A stretch of 64,000 nt of DNA from Sphyrna mokarran (taxonomy: Eukaryota): assembly GCA_024679065.1 (NCBI GenBank), contig JAGIQG010000040.1, positions 9,486,001 through 9,550,000 on the forward strand, given 5' to 3'. Below the pieces are notes generated by a model, which was not told the DNA's origin, made no database searches, and saw only the letters and a program-made list of their open reading frames with translations. This document shows, one piece after another, positions 11,804 through 23,886 of the stretch; within the stretch, counting starts at the first letter, position 1, and each line of letters opens with the position of its first letter. A program made the position numbers and the translations under genes.

Positions 11804-12702
11804 TGAACATAATCACAATTGTGACACTGGTGAGCAGAAACTGTGGTCTGTCCAAATGTGTCACTCGTTACCTGGTGGCCATGTCAGTGGGGGATCTGCT
11901 GGTTGTTATCCTCGACCTGATATTGAGACAGATTCCCATTGTTTATCATGAACAGTTTTATTTCCTGCTGTCTCTCCCCGTGTGTAACATCCATGCTGTC
12001 CTGCTTTACGCAGCCACTGACTGTTCTGTCTGGTTCACCGTCACTTTCACCTTTGATCGATTTGTGGCCATTTGCTGCCCCAAACTTAAAAGTAAATATT
12101 GCACTGAGAAATCGGCGGCTGTGGTTCTGGGAACAGTGACGGTGTTGAGCTGTTTGAAAAACATTTTCTGGTGTTTTATGTTATTAAATCAATATCGGCT
12201 GGTGAACGTTCCCTGGTTTTGTGATTACACAACAGATGTTTTGGAATCTCCGGTCTGGGTAACAATCGAGTTCCTTCACAACATTCAAAACCCATGTGTC
12301 CCTTTCATTCTGATTCTACTGTTCAACGTTCTCACCGTCAAACACATTTTAGTGAGTAGCAGAGCCCGCAGGAGACTCCGCGCTCACAGTGGGGAGAATC
12401 CTAGAGACCCAGAGATGGAGAGTCGAAGGAAATCCATCATTTTACTGTTTGTTATCTCAGCCAATTTCATCATCTTATGGTCGACATTAATGGTTTATTC
12501 AATATGGATTCGGATATATGATTTGGGCTATCAGTCGGTATGGTTAGATAATTTTGTGTTGGAATTGGGCCTCATGCTGCAACTCACTAGTTGCTGCACA
12601 AATACTCCCATTTATGCTGTGACACAGACTCACTTCAGACAGCAGCTAACAAGTCTGCTGAAATATCCCCTTGCTGCAATTCTTCAACTCAGTACGCCCT
12701 AA
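11804..12702 (+). CDS. GPR139/GPR142-like class A GPCR, coding exon 2 (end of TM1 to C-terminus); spliced product about 416 aa
   Basis: Polypyrimidine acceptor ctctctaacAG. Hydrophobic TM segments, TM2 AMSVGDLL, TM3 FTFDRFVAIC (DRY variant), TM7 SCCTNTPIY (NPxxY variant), helix 8 FRQQL. Open to the TAA. Confidence 0.9.
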
Positions 12703-12774
12703 GATGAAGCTACCCCCACAAGACCCCTGCCTCTTCCTGTTGGAAATTCATAATGTAAGCAACAAAACAGCCTT

Positions 12775-13445
12775 ATAGAGACAGAAGGAGTGACAGATAG
12801 AGAGAGAGGGCAATATGATTAACTCTGATAGAGACACAGAGAATGACAGACAGAGTCAAGGACAGAAAGACCTGGAGAGCAACAAATTTTGAAAGAGCTT
12901 CTAATAGATACAGTGAGAAAATTACAAGCGATAGAGACAGGGAGGAAGGACAAAGACAGGGAGAGATTCACACAGAGCGAGAGAAGCAGGGATAGAGATT
13001 GGGGGAGATGGTGAGGGAGATAGATACAGAATGAGAAAGGGAGACATAGGAAGACAGATTGAAGGATGTAACTAGAAAGGGAGAGGGAAATTAAAAGGGA
13101 AGACAAGCAGAAAGGGAGGGCAGAGGAAAATAGTCAGAAACAGAGAGAAACTGAGATACAGAGAGAGAGAGAGAGAGACCATCAATGATTGGGAAAAAGC
13201 GAGACTGATTGATATAATGGGCACAGCAAGAGCACAAAACATAGCAAAGTAGAGGGAGAAAAAGAAATAAGAAAAGAGAGGCAGAGACAGTGAGGGAGAG
13301 ATAGAGAGAGATGGAGATGGAGTGGGACAAGGAGAGCGGGACTGAGAGGGGACAGGAAAGCAGAGGAAGAGGATAGAAAGAGAGACTGAGGACGAGGCTA
13401 TGAGACAGTAAGAAAGACAGAGAAACGTATAGAGAAAGACAAAGG
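12775..13445. repeat. GA-rich purine low-complexity tract
   Basis: About 670 nt of degenerate (GA/GACA/GAGG)n. Confidence 0.85.
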
Positions 13446-14314
13446 CATGGATATATTTGTGATCTTCCAAAACGTATTTACAAAAAATGCATCTGCTTAT
13501 TCGACTGGCCGTAAGGATTAGAAGAAACACATGATTGAGAGTTCATAGTGAATAACATTAGTTCCAGTCTTTACTACTTTTTTAATCTGAATCTGTTTTA
13601 AATCCTTTGTGACACTGTGATTGGATTGGTCTGTGGGAATAAAATGCAGTGGGACTTGATTAATTCAGACATTTCTATTTATTTCCATGATGCAAAGTTC
13701 TGCTTTCACTGCAGGGAAATGTTGTCCTCTTTCCGGAGCTGGGATCAGCTCACACAATTTAGACCCATTGCTAACATTGCCCCAAAACAATGTAACACAT
13801 AGAAAAATCAGACATTAATACAGATAGTTCTGGTAAAACAAGTAGGTAGAGTTTTTTGGGTTCCAAACTCTCTGATTGAAGCATCTGCAGACATGTATAA
13901 AATGATGGCTAGGTTACCGGAAATCAGAGTGTATGCACTGAGCGTGTGGTTTCATCACGAGACAGTTAATACAGAAACTTGGCTAAAGTTCTGGGCACCC
14001 CGGTTCCAATCTTGTCACAGCAGATGGTGGACTTTGAATAAGTATAACTGGAATTCAGGGTCAGATGGTGACCATAAAACAATATTGTCGATTTTCTGGA
14101 AAAAGAACATCTGGATCACTAATGACCCAGGGAAGGGAATCTGTTGTCCTTCCGTGGTCAGGCCTAATCGTGATTACAGGACACTTAATTGCCTTTTGAA
14201 CATGGGCAACTAGGCAGCCGAATCGCGAAGGCAAATGCCTTGAATTGGTTTCAATTAACAAACACTTGTATTCCCAATGGAAGAGACGTTAATCATGAAC
14301 TTTATCAAAACTCT

Positions 14315-14790
14315 CCCAGTGACAGCCAATAATATTCAGCTGTCGAGGAAAAAAATACCCAGTCCTGAATACATTGAAGCAGCTAGTGCTGATGGGGGAA
14401 TCCAAAAGGCTGTTACAGGCTGAAATGCACCGTATTGGAGAGACAGAGAGCAGCTGACTGTGGAAGAAAGCACACATCTATGGGGTTCAAAAGTGTCATT
14501 CTGAGTCAGGTTTACTTTCCCATCCTGGCTGAAATTTATCATGATCACCCAGGAGTGACAAACTGACGATCCTCCAAATTGTCCTGTCTGGTGGCCAAGT
14601 ATGGATACAGATATTTGCCGGTGGGCCAGTGGTGGCAATATCAACAAAAGCAGAACTGTCACCAGTCACTACTCTTCACACTTGGGAATGGGGAGGACGG
14701 CCGGAGATGGGACTGCACATGGACAGTGCCGGACTATCCATGGGGTCTATGTTCCTGATAATGATAGATACTGATTCAAAATGGATGGCC
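14315..14790 (+). mobile_element. Ty3/Gypsy pol (integrase) relic
   Basis: Frameshifted translation gives PYWRDREQLTVEESTHLWGSKV, ILAEIYHDHPGV, WWPSMDTDI and LHTWEWGGRPEMGLHMDSAGLSMGSMFLIMIDTDSKW: the HHCC region plus the start of the integrase core. Confidence 0.75.
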
Positions 14791-14849
14791 ACACACAGAG
14801 TGAGTTAATCAAACACAAGGACAAGAGTGGAGAAACTTCATGCTATGAG

Positions 14850-15635
14850 AAACATGCAGACAAGCTTCAGTGTGATTTGAACAAGGTCAATGTATGGGCA
14901 TGTGCAAAGCAGTTGCACTAAAAGGTGGGTGTGTGAAGTTATAACTTTGCAGCAATAATAGGAAGATGTAAATTGAGAGAGGTGGAAACTCAGTGAGACC
15001 TTGGTGTCCGCATGCATCAGTAACTGAAAGTAAGCACGCAAATACAACAGACAGTAAAGAAGGCCAATGGTATGCTAGCCTTCAAAGGGAAAAGTTCTAA
15101 GTACAGGAATAGAGACATGTTACTGCAATTGTGCAGGGCATTGCTGAGGCCACACTTCGATATTGTGTGCAATTTTGATGTCCTTATTTGAGGAAGGATA
15201 TCCCTTCTGCAGGAAGAGTACAGCGATTGCTTACCAGGTTGATTCCTGGGTTAGCGATTGTGATATGAACAGAGATGAAGTTGGTTAGGGTTTCATTCAT
15301 TGGAGTTTATTAAAGTGAAATTTACAATATTGGGACAGGTTTAGACAGGGGAGATTCAGAAAGAATTGAAGTTGAGGGCTAAAGGTTCATGGCTTGAGAT
15401 AAGCATCAACCTTTTAGAACGGAGATGAGAGAAATTTCTCCACCCAGATAATCTTTAGACTTCATTACTACATAAAATAGTTCAGGCCAAAACCTTTCGT
15501 TATTTCAAGGAGAACTGATGTATAACTGTTGGAGCTAAAGTGGTCACGGGAATTGGGAGGAAGGGATGATCAGGAGAGTAAAGTTGATGATCAGCTGTGA
15601 TCAAATTGAATGTTGGAGCAGGCTCGAAGGGCTGC
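14850..15635 (+). mobile_element. Decayed CR1-clade LINE 3' fragment
   Basis: DLGV / KANGMLAF / LRPH motifs and a CR1 tail ggagcaggctcgaaggg. Confidence 0.75.
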
Positions 15636-15699
15636 TTTTAACATTTTTCAATGATTGTGAAGCTGAGCTGAGTCTGTACATGGTCTGTGTCCCAACCTT

Positions 15700-15915
15700 A
15701 TGCAACTCTGAGCCTTGACTGAGTCCGAACCTTGCGTGAATCTGAACCGTGTCTCTGTCTGAACCTGAGTGGGTCTGAAACTGGTGTGGGAGCCTGAGCC
15801 TGGTGTGGTCCCGAGCCTGGTGTGGGCCCGAGCCTGGTGCGGGTCCAGGCCTAGTGTGGGCCCGAGCCTGGTGCGGGTCCGGGCCTGGTGCGGGTGCGGG
15901 CCTGGTGTGGGCCCT
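15700..15915. repeat. 18-bp GC-rich minisatellite (gggcccgagcctggtgtg)n
   Basis: About 7 clear units plus degenerate units. Confidence 0.85.
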
Positions 15916-16295
15916 CTCGACATGAATACCAGCACTCCATTTGCATTTCTAACTACCGATTGAACCCTGAGGTTAATCTTCAGAGAAACTTGAACAAGGG
16001 CTCCCAAATTTCTTTGTGCATCTGATTTTGTAAGTATTTCCCCATTTAGAAAAATCTATGCCTCCATTCGTCCTTCCAAAGTGCAGAATCTCACACTTTT
16101 CCTCATTGTATTCCATCTGCCACCTCTTTGCCCACTCTCTGACCTTTCCAAGTCCTTCTGCAGTCCTCCAACGCCAACCCGTCCCTGCCCAACTTCCTCA
16201 ATATTCCCTGTCATCCTGCATATCTTTGTATCATCTGCAAATTTAGCAACAGTGCCTTCATTTTGCTCTTCCAAATTATTAATGTATATTGTGAG
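15915..16295 (-). mobile_element. CR1-clade RT fragment
   Basis: VAKFADDTKI motif in ORF 16056-16274. Confidence 0.8.
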
Positions 16296-16304
16296 AATTT
16301 GTGA

Positions 16305-16740
16305 AAATTTGAGGGCAGGTCCTATGAAGAGAGGTTGAAGGATTTGAGGTTGTTTTCGTTAGAAAGGAGGCGGCTAAGAGGGGATCTTATTGAAACATAT
16401 AAGATGATTAGAGGTTTAGATAGGGTGGACAGTGATAGCCTTTTTCCTAGATGGAGAAAGCTAGCACGAGGGGACACAGCTTTAAATTAAGGGGTATGAG
16501 TTATAGGACGGATATCAGAGGTAGGTTCTTACTCAAAGAGTGATTAGGGAGTGGAATGCCCTGCCTGCAGCTGTTGTAGATGCGCCAAGTTTGGTGGCGT
16601 TTAAGAGGTTAGTTGATACGTATATGGAAGAGAAGGGAATGGTTTAGTTAGGAGGGGCATTGCTTTTTATTTTGGTCGGCACAACATCGAAGGCCGAAGG
16701 GCCTGTTCTGTGCTGTATTGTTCTATGTTCTATGTTCTAT
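16305..16740 (+). mobile_element. Young 5'-truncated CR1-clade LINE with (TTCTATG)n tail
   Basis: [27 protein letters not shown].. followed by ggccgaagggcctgt and ttctatg x3. Same subfamily as 42201-42555 and 28700-28910. Confidence 0.85.
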
Positions 16741-16879
16741 AAAACAATCATTAAAGTGAAAGCAGACAACACATTCACACACACAAACATGTATGTGCTC
16801 ACACACAAGTGCACATGAACTGAAATGCGTGTGCACCCCCACAGACATGCAATCATAGATGCAAACGTGCATCTATAAA

Positions 16880-17450
16880 ATAGTAGAATCCTATAGTGCA
16901 GAAAAGACCATTCAGCTCTTTGAGTCTGCACTGACTCTCTGAGCATCTGACCCTTTCCCACACCCTATCCCTGTAACCTGATGTATTTACCCCACCAATT
17001 ATCCAATCTACATATTTGTGACACTAAGTGGCAATTTAGCATAGCTAATCCATCTAACCAGCATGTTTTGGGACTTCGGGTACTCCACTTTCCTCCCAGA
17101 GAAAAGTCATGCAGACACTGGGAGAAGGTGCAAACTGCACACAGACACAGGGGAGGCTGGTGGTTAGCACTGTTGCCTCAAAGCACCAGGGACTGGGTTC
17201 AAATCTGGCTTCAGGTGACTGCGCATTTTCCCCATGTCTGTGTGGGTTTCCTTCGGGGGATCTGGTTTCCTCCCAGAATTCGAAGATGTGCAGATTAGGT
17301 GGATTGACCAGACTCAATTACCTTAGTGTCAGGGAGATTAGCACGGTAAATATGTGGGGTTACGGGATAGGACATGGTTGTTGGTTGTTGTTGTTGGTGT
17401 AGGCTTCATGGGCTGAATGGCCACTCTGCTCTGCAGGTATTCTATGATTT
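16880..17450. mobile_element. Two adjacent HE1/V-type SINE copies in opposite orientation
   Basis: Minus-strand copy ends at about 17150; plus-strand copy starts gtggttagcactgttgcctca at about 17160 and has a CR1-type tail. Confidence 0.65.
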
Positions 17451-18209
17451 ATCCACTACTGGATGGAGAGAAGGAGAGCTCCTGCTGATTTTTGAGGGCC
17501 GATCCTTCAAACAACCTAACATTTGGTGGGTAGCCAACAGTTTGTGGAATCTGCTGAGTTTCCCAAGTGAACAGCAGAGTGTTTGGAAATAGGAAGTTGC
17601 CGTGTTGATTCAGAGCACTTTGGGACAGCCTGAAAGGACACAGGAGACAGACCATTTCCTCCTTTCGATTGGTCACTCCTTTCTAGTACTCCCTGCCATT
17701 CTGTGGGAAGAGATAATGACTGCCATGTGCACATCAGGATCCCATAAGATATAAGGCAACACATGATCTTGGAACTTAATTTCAGAGATGGTTTAAGGGA
17801 CCACTGGGAGAACCTGTTACAGCAGCTTGATTCTTAGGAAAGTGTTATTCTCAGGGAAGTGTCTCACAAACCTGTGACCTTCTGACCTGGAATGAGTGAT
17901 CCAGGAACCTCTAGTCCGACTGTTAATCCCAACAGCTCCCTCATCTGAGGATCAGCAAAGGGAATCAACATGATTAACAACTTACTGTCCAGTGAAAAAA
18001 TACACAGTTCCTGCAATCAATATCTCCAGCCATTGCGACATCAGTCACAGGCACACGGGCCAGGTGTCTGTGTCTGTGTGGGTGAGGGGGAGCAGTGATG
18101 GGAGGGATTGTTACCTACAGAAAGCCTGGTCCCAGGTTAGCCAGATGGCAGCAGGTATGGATCATCCTCGGGTTGTGTCTCAGTGAGCGATAGGAGGAAA
18201 GTGGGACCA

Positions 18210-18245
18210 TCACAGGACTAGGCCCCCGCCCGTGTACTCCACTCT
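18210..18245 (-). CDS. EMC4: ER membrane protein complex subunit 4, last coding exon (RVEYTGGGLVL*)
   Basis: Acceptor cttctttcacacAG. The 36 coding nt match the EMC4 C-terminus (human RMEFSGGGLLL*). Confidence 0.85.
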   Translation of the reverse strand, partial: RVEYTGGGLVL

Positions 18246-18329
18246 CTGTGTGAAAGAAGAAGGTGATAAGGATCGAAGTGGTAATAGCTTCTGTCGAGCC
18301 TGCTCCACAATTCATCATCAACTTCATCT

Positions 18330-18505
18330 CGACCTTCCCCACACTCCTCCCTCTCCCTCAATTCCCAAAGATTTTCCCTCTTTCCCCACAATCTTCCCAC
18401 TATTCTTCAATTCCCAGAAATATCTCCACTTTCCACAGTCTTCCTCCTATCCCTCAATTCTCAAAGATATTCCCACTTTCCCCATACATTTCCCCCATTC
18501 CTCAA
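18330..18505. repeat. About 48-bp pyrimidine-rich tandem repeat in the EMC4 intron
   Basis: ctcaattc(c/t)caaagat recurs about 3.5 times. Confidence 0.7.
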
Positions 18506-18837
18506 TTTTTTTTTCTTCATTCGTGAGATATGGGTGTCTCTGGATTGCCAGCATTTATTGCCCATCCCTAATTGCCTGAGGTCAGTTGAGAGTAAACCAC
18601 ATTGCTGTGGGTCTGGAGTCACATGTAGGCCACACCAGGTAAGGGTGGCAGATTTCCTGTGGTTGATTCTCAGCTGCTCTCCAAGGGCAATTAGGGATGG
18701 GTAATAAATATGTCCCATGAATGAATAAAAAATAAATATTGGGTCTGATCTACTCAACCTCTCAGGGTCCACAGCCCTGAATGATTTCCTCTTCCTATTT
18801 TCCTGGCTCCCCCTCACATACCGAGTGTGTAACTCAC

Positions 18838-18998
18838 CTTGGGTGGCTGTATGAACGCCAGCCAGTCAGAGGCGTGTGTGGGCAGCAGCCCCATCGCCTG
18901 GCACTTGTAGATGGCCAGAAGCAACCCCAGCAAGTTGCCGATGAAGTAGACCATAGGTTGCAGCCAGTTATGATTTGAATTTCCCAGGACCCTAAAGA
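18838..18998 (-). CDS. EMC4: ER membrane protein complex subunit 4, penultimate coding exon (161 nt)
   Basis: Acceptor tctcactgtcAG, donor AAG|GTGAG. Translates [54 protein letters not shown], matching EMC4 (..[33 protein letters not shown]). Confidence 0.92.
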
Positions 18999-19094
18999 CT
19001 GACAGTGAGAATGGAAAAGCAGGAAGTTCAGGAACAGGTCAGAGAATGAGAAATGTTCTGAGAGAATCGGGAATCATTGTCCTCAAATCACAGA

Positions 19095-20250
19095 GAGTCA
19101 GCACATAGGCACAGCAGGAAATTAGGATGCAGATGATCTGTTAGCCTTTATTCCCTATGGATGGAGTTTCAGAATGAGGAAAACTTTTTGCAATTGTATC
19201 GAGTTTTGGTGAAACCACACTTGGAATATTCAGCAGAGTTTGGGTCTCCTTATCCAGAGAATTGCCCAGAGGGAGACTAACAAAGCTTCACTAGACTATT
19301 TCCTGGGATGACAGGACTGTCAATGAAGAAGCAGGATTGAGCAGAATGGCTCTTTACTCTCTGATCTGATAATAACCTCAAATCTTCATCCCACTCTCTC
19401 CCAATTACCTATCACCACACACACCCAACACGCCCCTATGTACCAAAAATCTAACCACCTCTGCCTTAAAATTATCAAAGACTCTGCATCCACCACCTTT
19501 TCAGGAAGAGAGTTCCAAAGAGTTATGACACTCAGAAAAAAAAAATTCTCATCCCTAATTTAAATGGATGACCCTTTAATTTTAATCCGTAACCCCTACT
19601 TCTAGATTATCCCACAACAGTAAACATCTTCTCTACCTCCATCCTGTCAAGGCCCCACAGGCCACTTATTCTTCTTAGTTCCAGCAGATAGATGCTTAGC
19701 CTGGCCAACTTTTCCTCATAACACAGCTCATCCATTTCAGATCTTGGTCTGGTAAACCTTTCCTGAACTTTCTCCAAAATATTTACATCCTTCCTGAATC
19801 AAGGAATTAAATACTGTACACAGTACTCAGATGTGGTCTCACTAGTGACCTGTACAACTGAAGCATAATCTCCCTAATTCTGTATTAAGTTCCCTTCACA
19901 ATGAATGATAACTTTCTATTATCCTAATTACTTGCTCTGTCTGCATATTAGCCTTTTGTGATTTATGTAATAAAACAACCAGAATGCTTCTGAATCTCTG
20001 AGCTCTGCAATCTCTCACCATTTAAACAAAATGCTTCTTTTTTATTCTTCCTATTGAAATGATCACTTTCCCATTTGCCCACATTTTATCCAATTACCAA
20101 ATATTTGCCCACTCACTGAACCTTTCTGTCTTTTTGACTCCTCCATATGTTCTTGTTACAACTTATTTTCGCACTTATCTTTGTGTCATTGGCCAATTTG
20201 CCAATCATCCCTTTATCCAGTTATTTCTATAAATTTTTGATAGTTGTCAG
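19095..20250. mobile_element. Decayed CR1 fragments (plus about 19095-19370, minus about 19370-20250)
   Basis: VLVKPHLEY motif on the plus strand; RT and tail remnants on the minus strand. Confidence 0.65.
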
Positions 20251-20606
20251 TCCCATGCCCGAGTCTTAGAGAATCAGTTCACCAGGTCGAGACACAACAC
20301 TAAGTGGACACCACTGATGCACAATTCCACTTCAACAACATGGAAACCCATGCAGACACGGGGAGAACATGTAACTTCCACACAAATAGTGATCCAAGCT
20401 GGGAATCAAACTCAGGTTCCTGGCACTGTTGATGCAACAGTGCTAACTGCTGTGCTGCCCTTTCCCCGGGGAGGAGGGAGTATGTGTGGGACAGAGATTT
20501 ACTGTTTTTAGGAACAAGAGCAGAAAAGATATTGTTTTGAAATTAGACTTATCTGATCAGAATTTCTATTGTGGACTGACAATAGTTTTGTAAACTCCTT
20601 TTCCAG

Positions 20607-21441
20607 GATATTTGAAGGGGAAGATTTACAGTCAGAAAAATGGAATCAAGATTTAACAGTCGGTCAATTTAGCAGCACCTGAACACTATCAGCCTTTGAA
20701 CATGGAATGCAGGAAAAAATTTCAACATCAATGTGACTGGAAAAGCACTGAGACACACACGTAACCGAGTGAGAGTTTTCCAGTGAACTGACTGTGGAAA
20801 GAACTTTAACCAGTTACACAGCCTGAAAAAAGATCACACCATTCACTGCAATGTGAATCTGTGCATGTGTTCTTTGTGTGGACGAAGCTTCAACTAATTG
20901 CCCAATATGGAGAGACATGATGATCCTGACATCATAGAGAAATCGTGGATATGTGGGGACTGTGGGAAAGCATTCACTTGCCCATCCAAACTGGAAACTC
21001 ATCAACGCACCCACACTGGGGAGAGACCCTTCACCTGCCCCGTGTGTTGGAAGGAATTTACTCAATCATCCTGCCTAACATTACACCAGTGAGTTCACAC
21101 TGGAGATAGGCCATACACTTGCTGTGTGTGTGGGGAAGAGATTCGTCCAGATGTATAACCTACAATTACATAGGAGAGTTCACACTGGGGAGAGACCGTT
21201 CACCTGCTCTGTGTGTGGGAAGCAATTCATTAATTCATCCAACCTTGTGACACACCAGCAAGTTCACATTGAGGAGAGGCCATTCAGCTGCACTGATTGT
21301 GGAGAGAGCTTCAGACATTCATCCAGCCTCAAAGCACATCAGCGAATTTACACTGGAGAGAGACCATTCACCTGCTCAGAGTGTGGGAAGGAATTCACTA
21401 CCTTCTCCCATCTGATGACACATCAGCAACGTCACGAGTGA
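20607..21441 (+). pseudogene. C2H2 zinc-finger pseudogene (about 6 fingers)
   Basis: Acceptor ccttttccAG at 20605-6, TGERP linkers, in-frame TGA at 21090 replacing CGA, and a +1 frameshift at about 21135. Confidence 0.85.
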
Positions 21442-23244
21442 ATGCAGGGAGTGGATTCTGCTATAATTGCTGCTGTTCGTCACATCCAGGAGTGAGCCAC
21501 ATTCATTCTGAAATTTGAGGTTTGTTTCTGCAGATGTTAATAATCCCTGTAGGTGGACCGCAGCATAATATTCTCAATCTAAAGCTGATTGCTTTTTTGG
21601 GGTTGCGGTTTCCCTTTAAGAACCGCTGCTTGTGATCTTCCCCATTATTCAGGAACTCTCATCACATTCTTTACAGTACAGAAAGAAGCCGTTCAGCCCA
21701 TCAAATCTGCACTGGTTCACTGAAAGAGCCTAATGCCACTCCACTGCCGTAACCCCTATAAACTTACACATTCTTTATTTTCAGATAATCCAATTCTCTT
21801 TTCAGTATCTTGATCAAACCTACCTTCACTGCCCTCACAGGAAGTTTATTCCAGATTCCAACCACTCTCTAGGTGAAAATAATTTTCCCCATTAATGTAT
21901 GTTTGTGTCCTCTGGTTTTTTGATGTTCTCTTGGTGGAAACATATTCTCACTATTTCACCTTCCCAATTCCTCAGCATCTTGAATACCTCAATCAATCTC
22001 CTCTTGACCAAATTCATTCAGACAATTCACGTTTATTTCTTCTGATGTTAATAATCTCTGTATCTGGATGAGAGTTTAATATGCTGACATCTGTTAAATA
22101 AATCAGCTTTGTTTCAAACACAGTATGTCAAATCCTTGATTTCTCCAGGATAAGAGATTAATTGATGTCCTGTTCTTTTCCCCTTTCTAACTCGATTATT
22201 TCAGACTTTCAATTACGCTTTTTTTAACGTTTGATTTATTATTGTCACATGTATTAGTGAGAAGTATTGTTTCCAATCATGGACAAGTCCCAGTTCCCTA
22301 TATCTTTCAGAGTGTCTGTCCCAGCCTTGAAATCCAGGGCAGTTTTCAGTTTTTAAAAACAGAAAATACTGGAAATTATAATCCATACTTTTCCAAGTGA
22401 CAGTTGGTTGTGTCTCAGTTTATTGGCTTTTCACCGATGTTAAGCTGATTGTTCTATAATTGCTGTGTTTTTGAACAGAGATATAACATTTATATTCTCT
22501 GTCCTTCATCACCACAACTCTATAAGGAAGATTGGAAGGTTGTGGCCAGAACTCCACAAGCTCCGTGTGAAGGACACTGTGTTTCAGAGTGCAGCAGTCC
22601 CTCAATGTCAGACTGGAGTGTCAGCCTAGAGAATGTGCTCAGCTTGATGAGTATTTCCAGTTATTGATGTGGTTCATTCACAAACAATGGACTCTGATGA
22701 TGTCATCCAGTCCTGCTGTGATGATGTCATAGAGACTATTACATCACAGTGGGGCTTCAGTGATGAAAACAGTTTTGTTCCAGACAGGAGGTGATGGTCA
22801 ATGGTATTATCTCCTAGACTATTAATCCATAAACTCAGCTAATGTTCTGAAGGCTGGGTTCAAATCCCACCACAGCAAGAGGTGTAATTTGAACAAAGAA
22901 CAAGAGAAAAGAAAATTACAGTACAGGAGTTGGCCCTCCAAGCCTACACACACCATGCTGCCCGTCTGAACTAAAAATCCCTCTGGTGACCATATCCCTC
23001 TATTCCCATCTTATTCAATCATTTATCCAGGCATCCCTTAAGTCACTATCATATCTGCTTCCACTACCTCCCTGGCAATGAGTTCCAGGCATCTACTACC
23101 CTCTATGTAAAAAAACTTGCCTCATACATCTAATTCAATAAAAATAATTGAATTCAATAAAAAAAAAATCAGAATTAAGAATCTACTGCTGACCATGAAA
23201 CCATTGTCAATTGACGTGAAAAAAACATTTGGTTCAGTAAAAAG

Positions 23245-23505
23245 TAAAGTTTATTCATTAATCACAAATAGGCTTACATTAATTGTGCAGTGAGGATACT
23301 GTGAAATTCCCCTGTCGCCACACTCCAGCATTTGTTCGAGTCAATGCACCTAACCAGCATGTCTTCCAGATTGTGGGAGGAAACTGGACTCACTGGAGGA
23401 AACCCATGCAGAGAACATGCAAACTCCACACAGACAGTGATACATGCCGGGATTCAAACGTAGGTCCCTGGCGTTGTGAGGCAACTGTGCTAACCACTGT
23501 GACAC
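23245..23505 (-). mobile_element. HE1/V-type SINE
   Basis: Minus strand reads cacagtggttagcacagttgcctcac...gtgtggagtttgcatgttctc..gggtttcctcc. Confidence 0.75.
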
Positions 23506-23886
23506 CCCATGAATGTCCTTTCGGAGAAGGAAATCTGCCATCCTTACCTCTCCATCTTACATGTGACCCTGGAGCCATAGCAATGTGATTGACTGTCAAC
23601 TGGCCTAGTAAGCCACTCAGTTCAATGGCAGCTAAGGATGCGCAGTAAATGCTGGCCATGCAGTGACGCTCATTTCCCACAAATGCATAAAAAATTCCCA
23701 CAGTTTAAATTCACATGGCCATTCTGTCTCCTTTTGTAATTATCACTCACTTCAGTTTAAAAAAATCAGAATTTACCCATAGAAAATATTTTAATTTCTC
23801 AGATTTTCTTGACATATCAATAGAAATGGACGTCAATGAACATATCACATCGAGGAATGAGTTTTACAGTAAAATCCAGTCACTGA

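Noticed and set aside
12819-13530. Hydrophobic Leu/Ser-rich ORFs resembling membrane proteins
   Set aside because: Translation of the (CT)-rich strand of a low-complexity tract.
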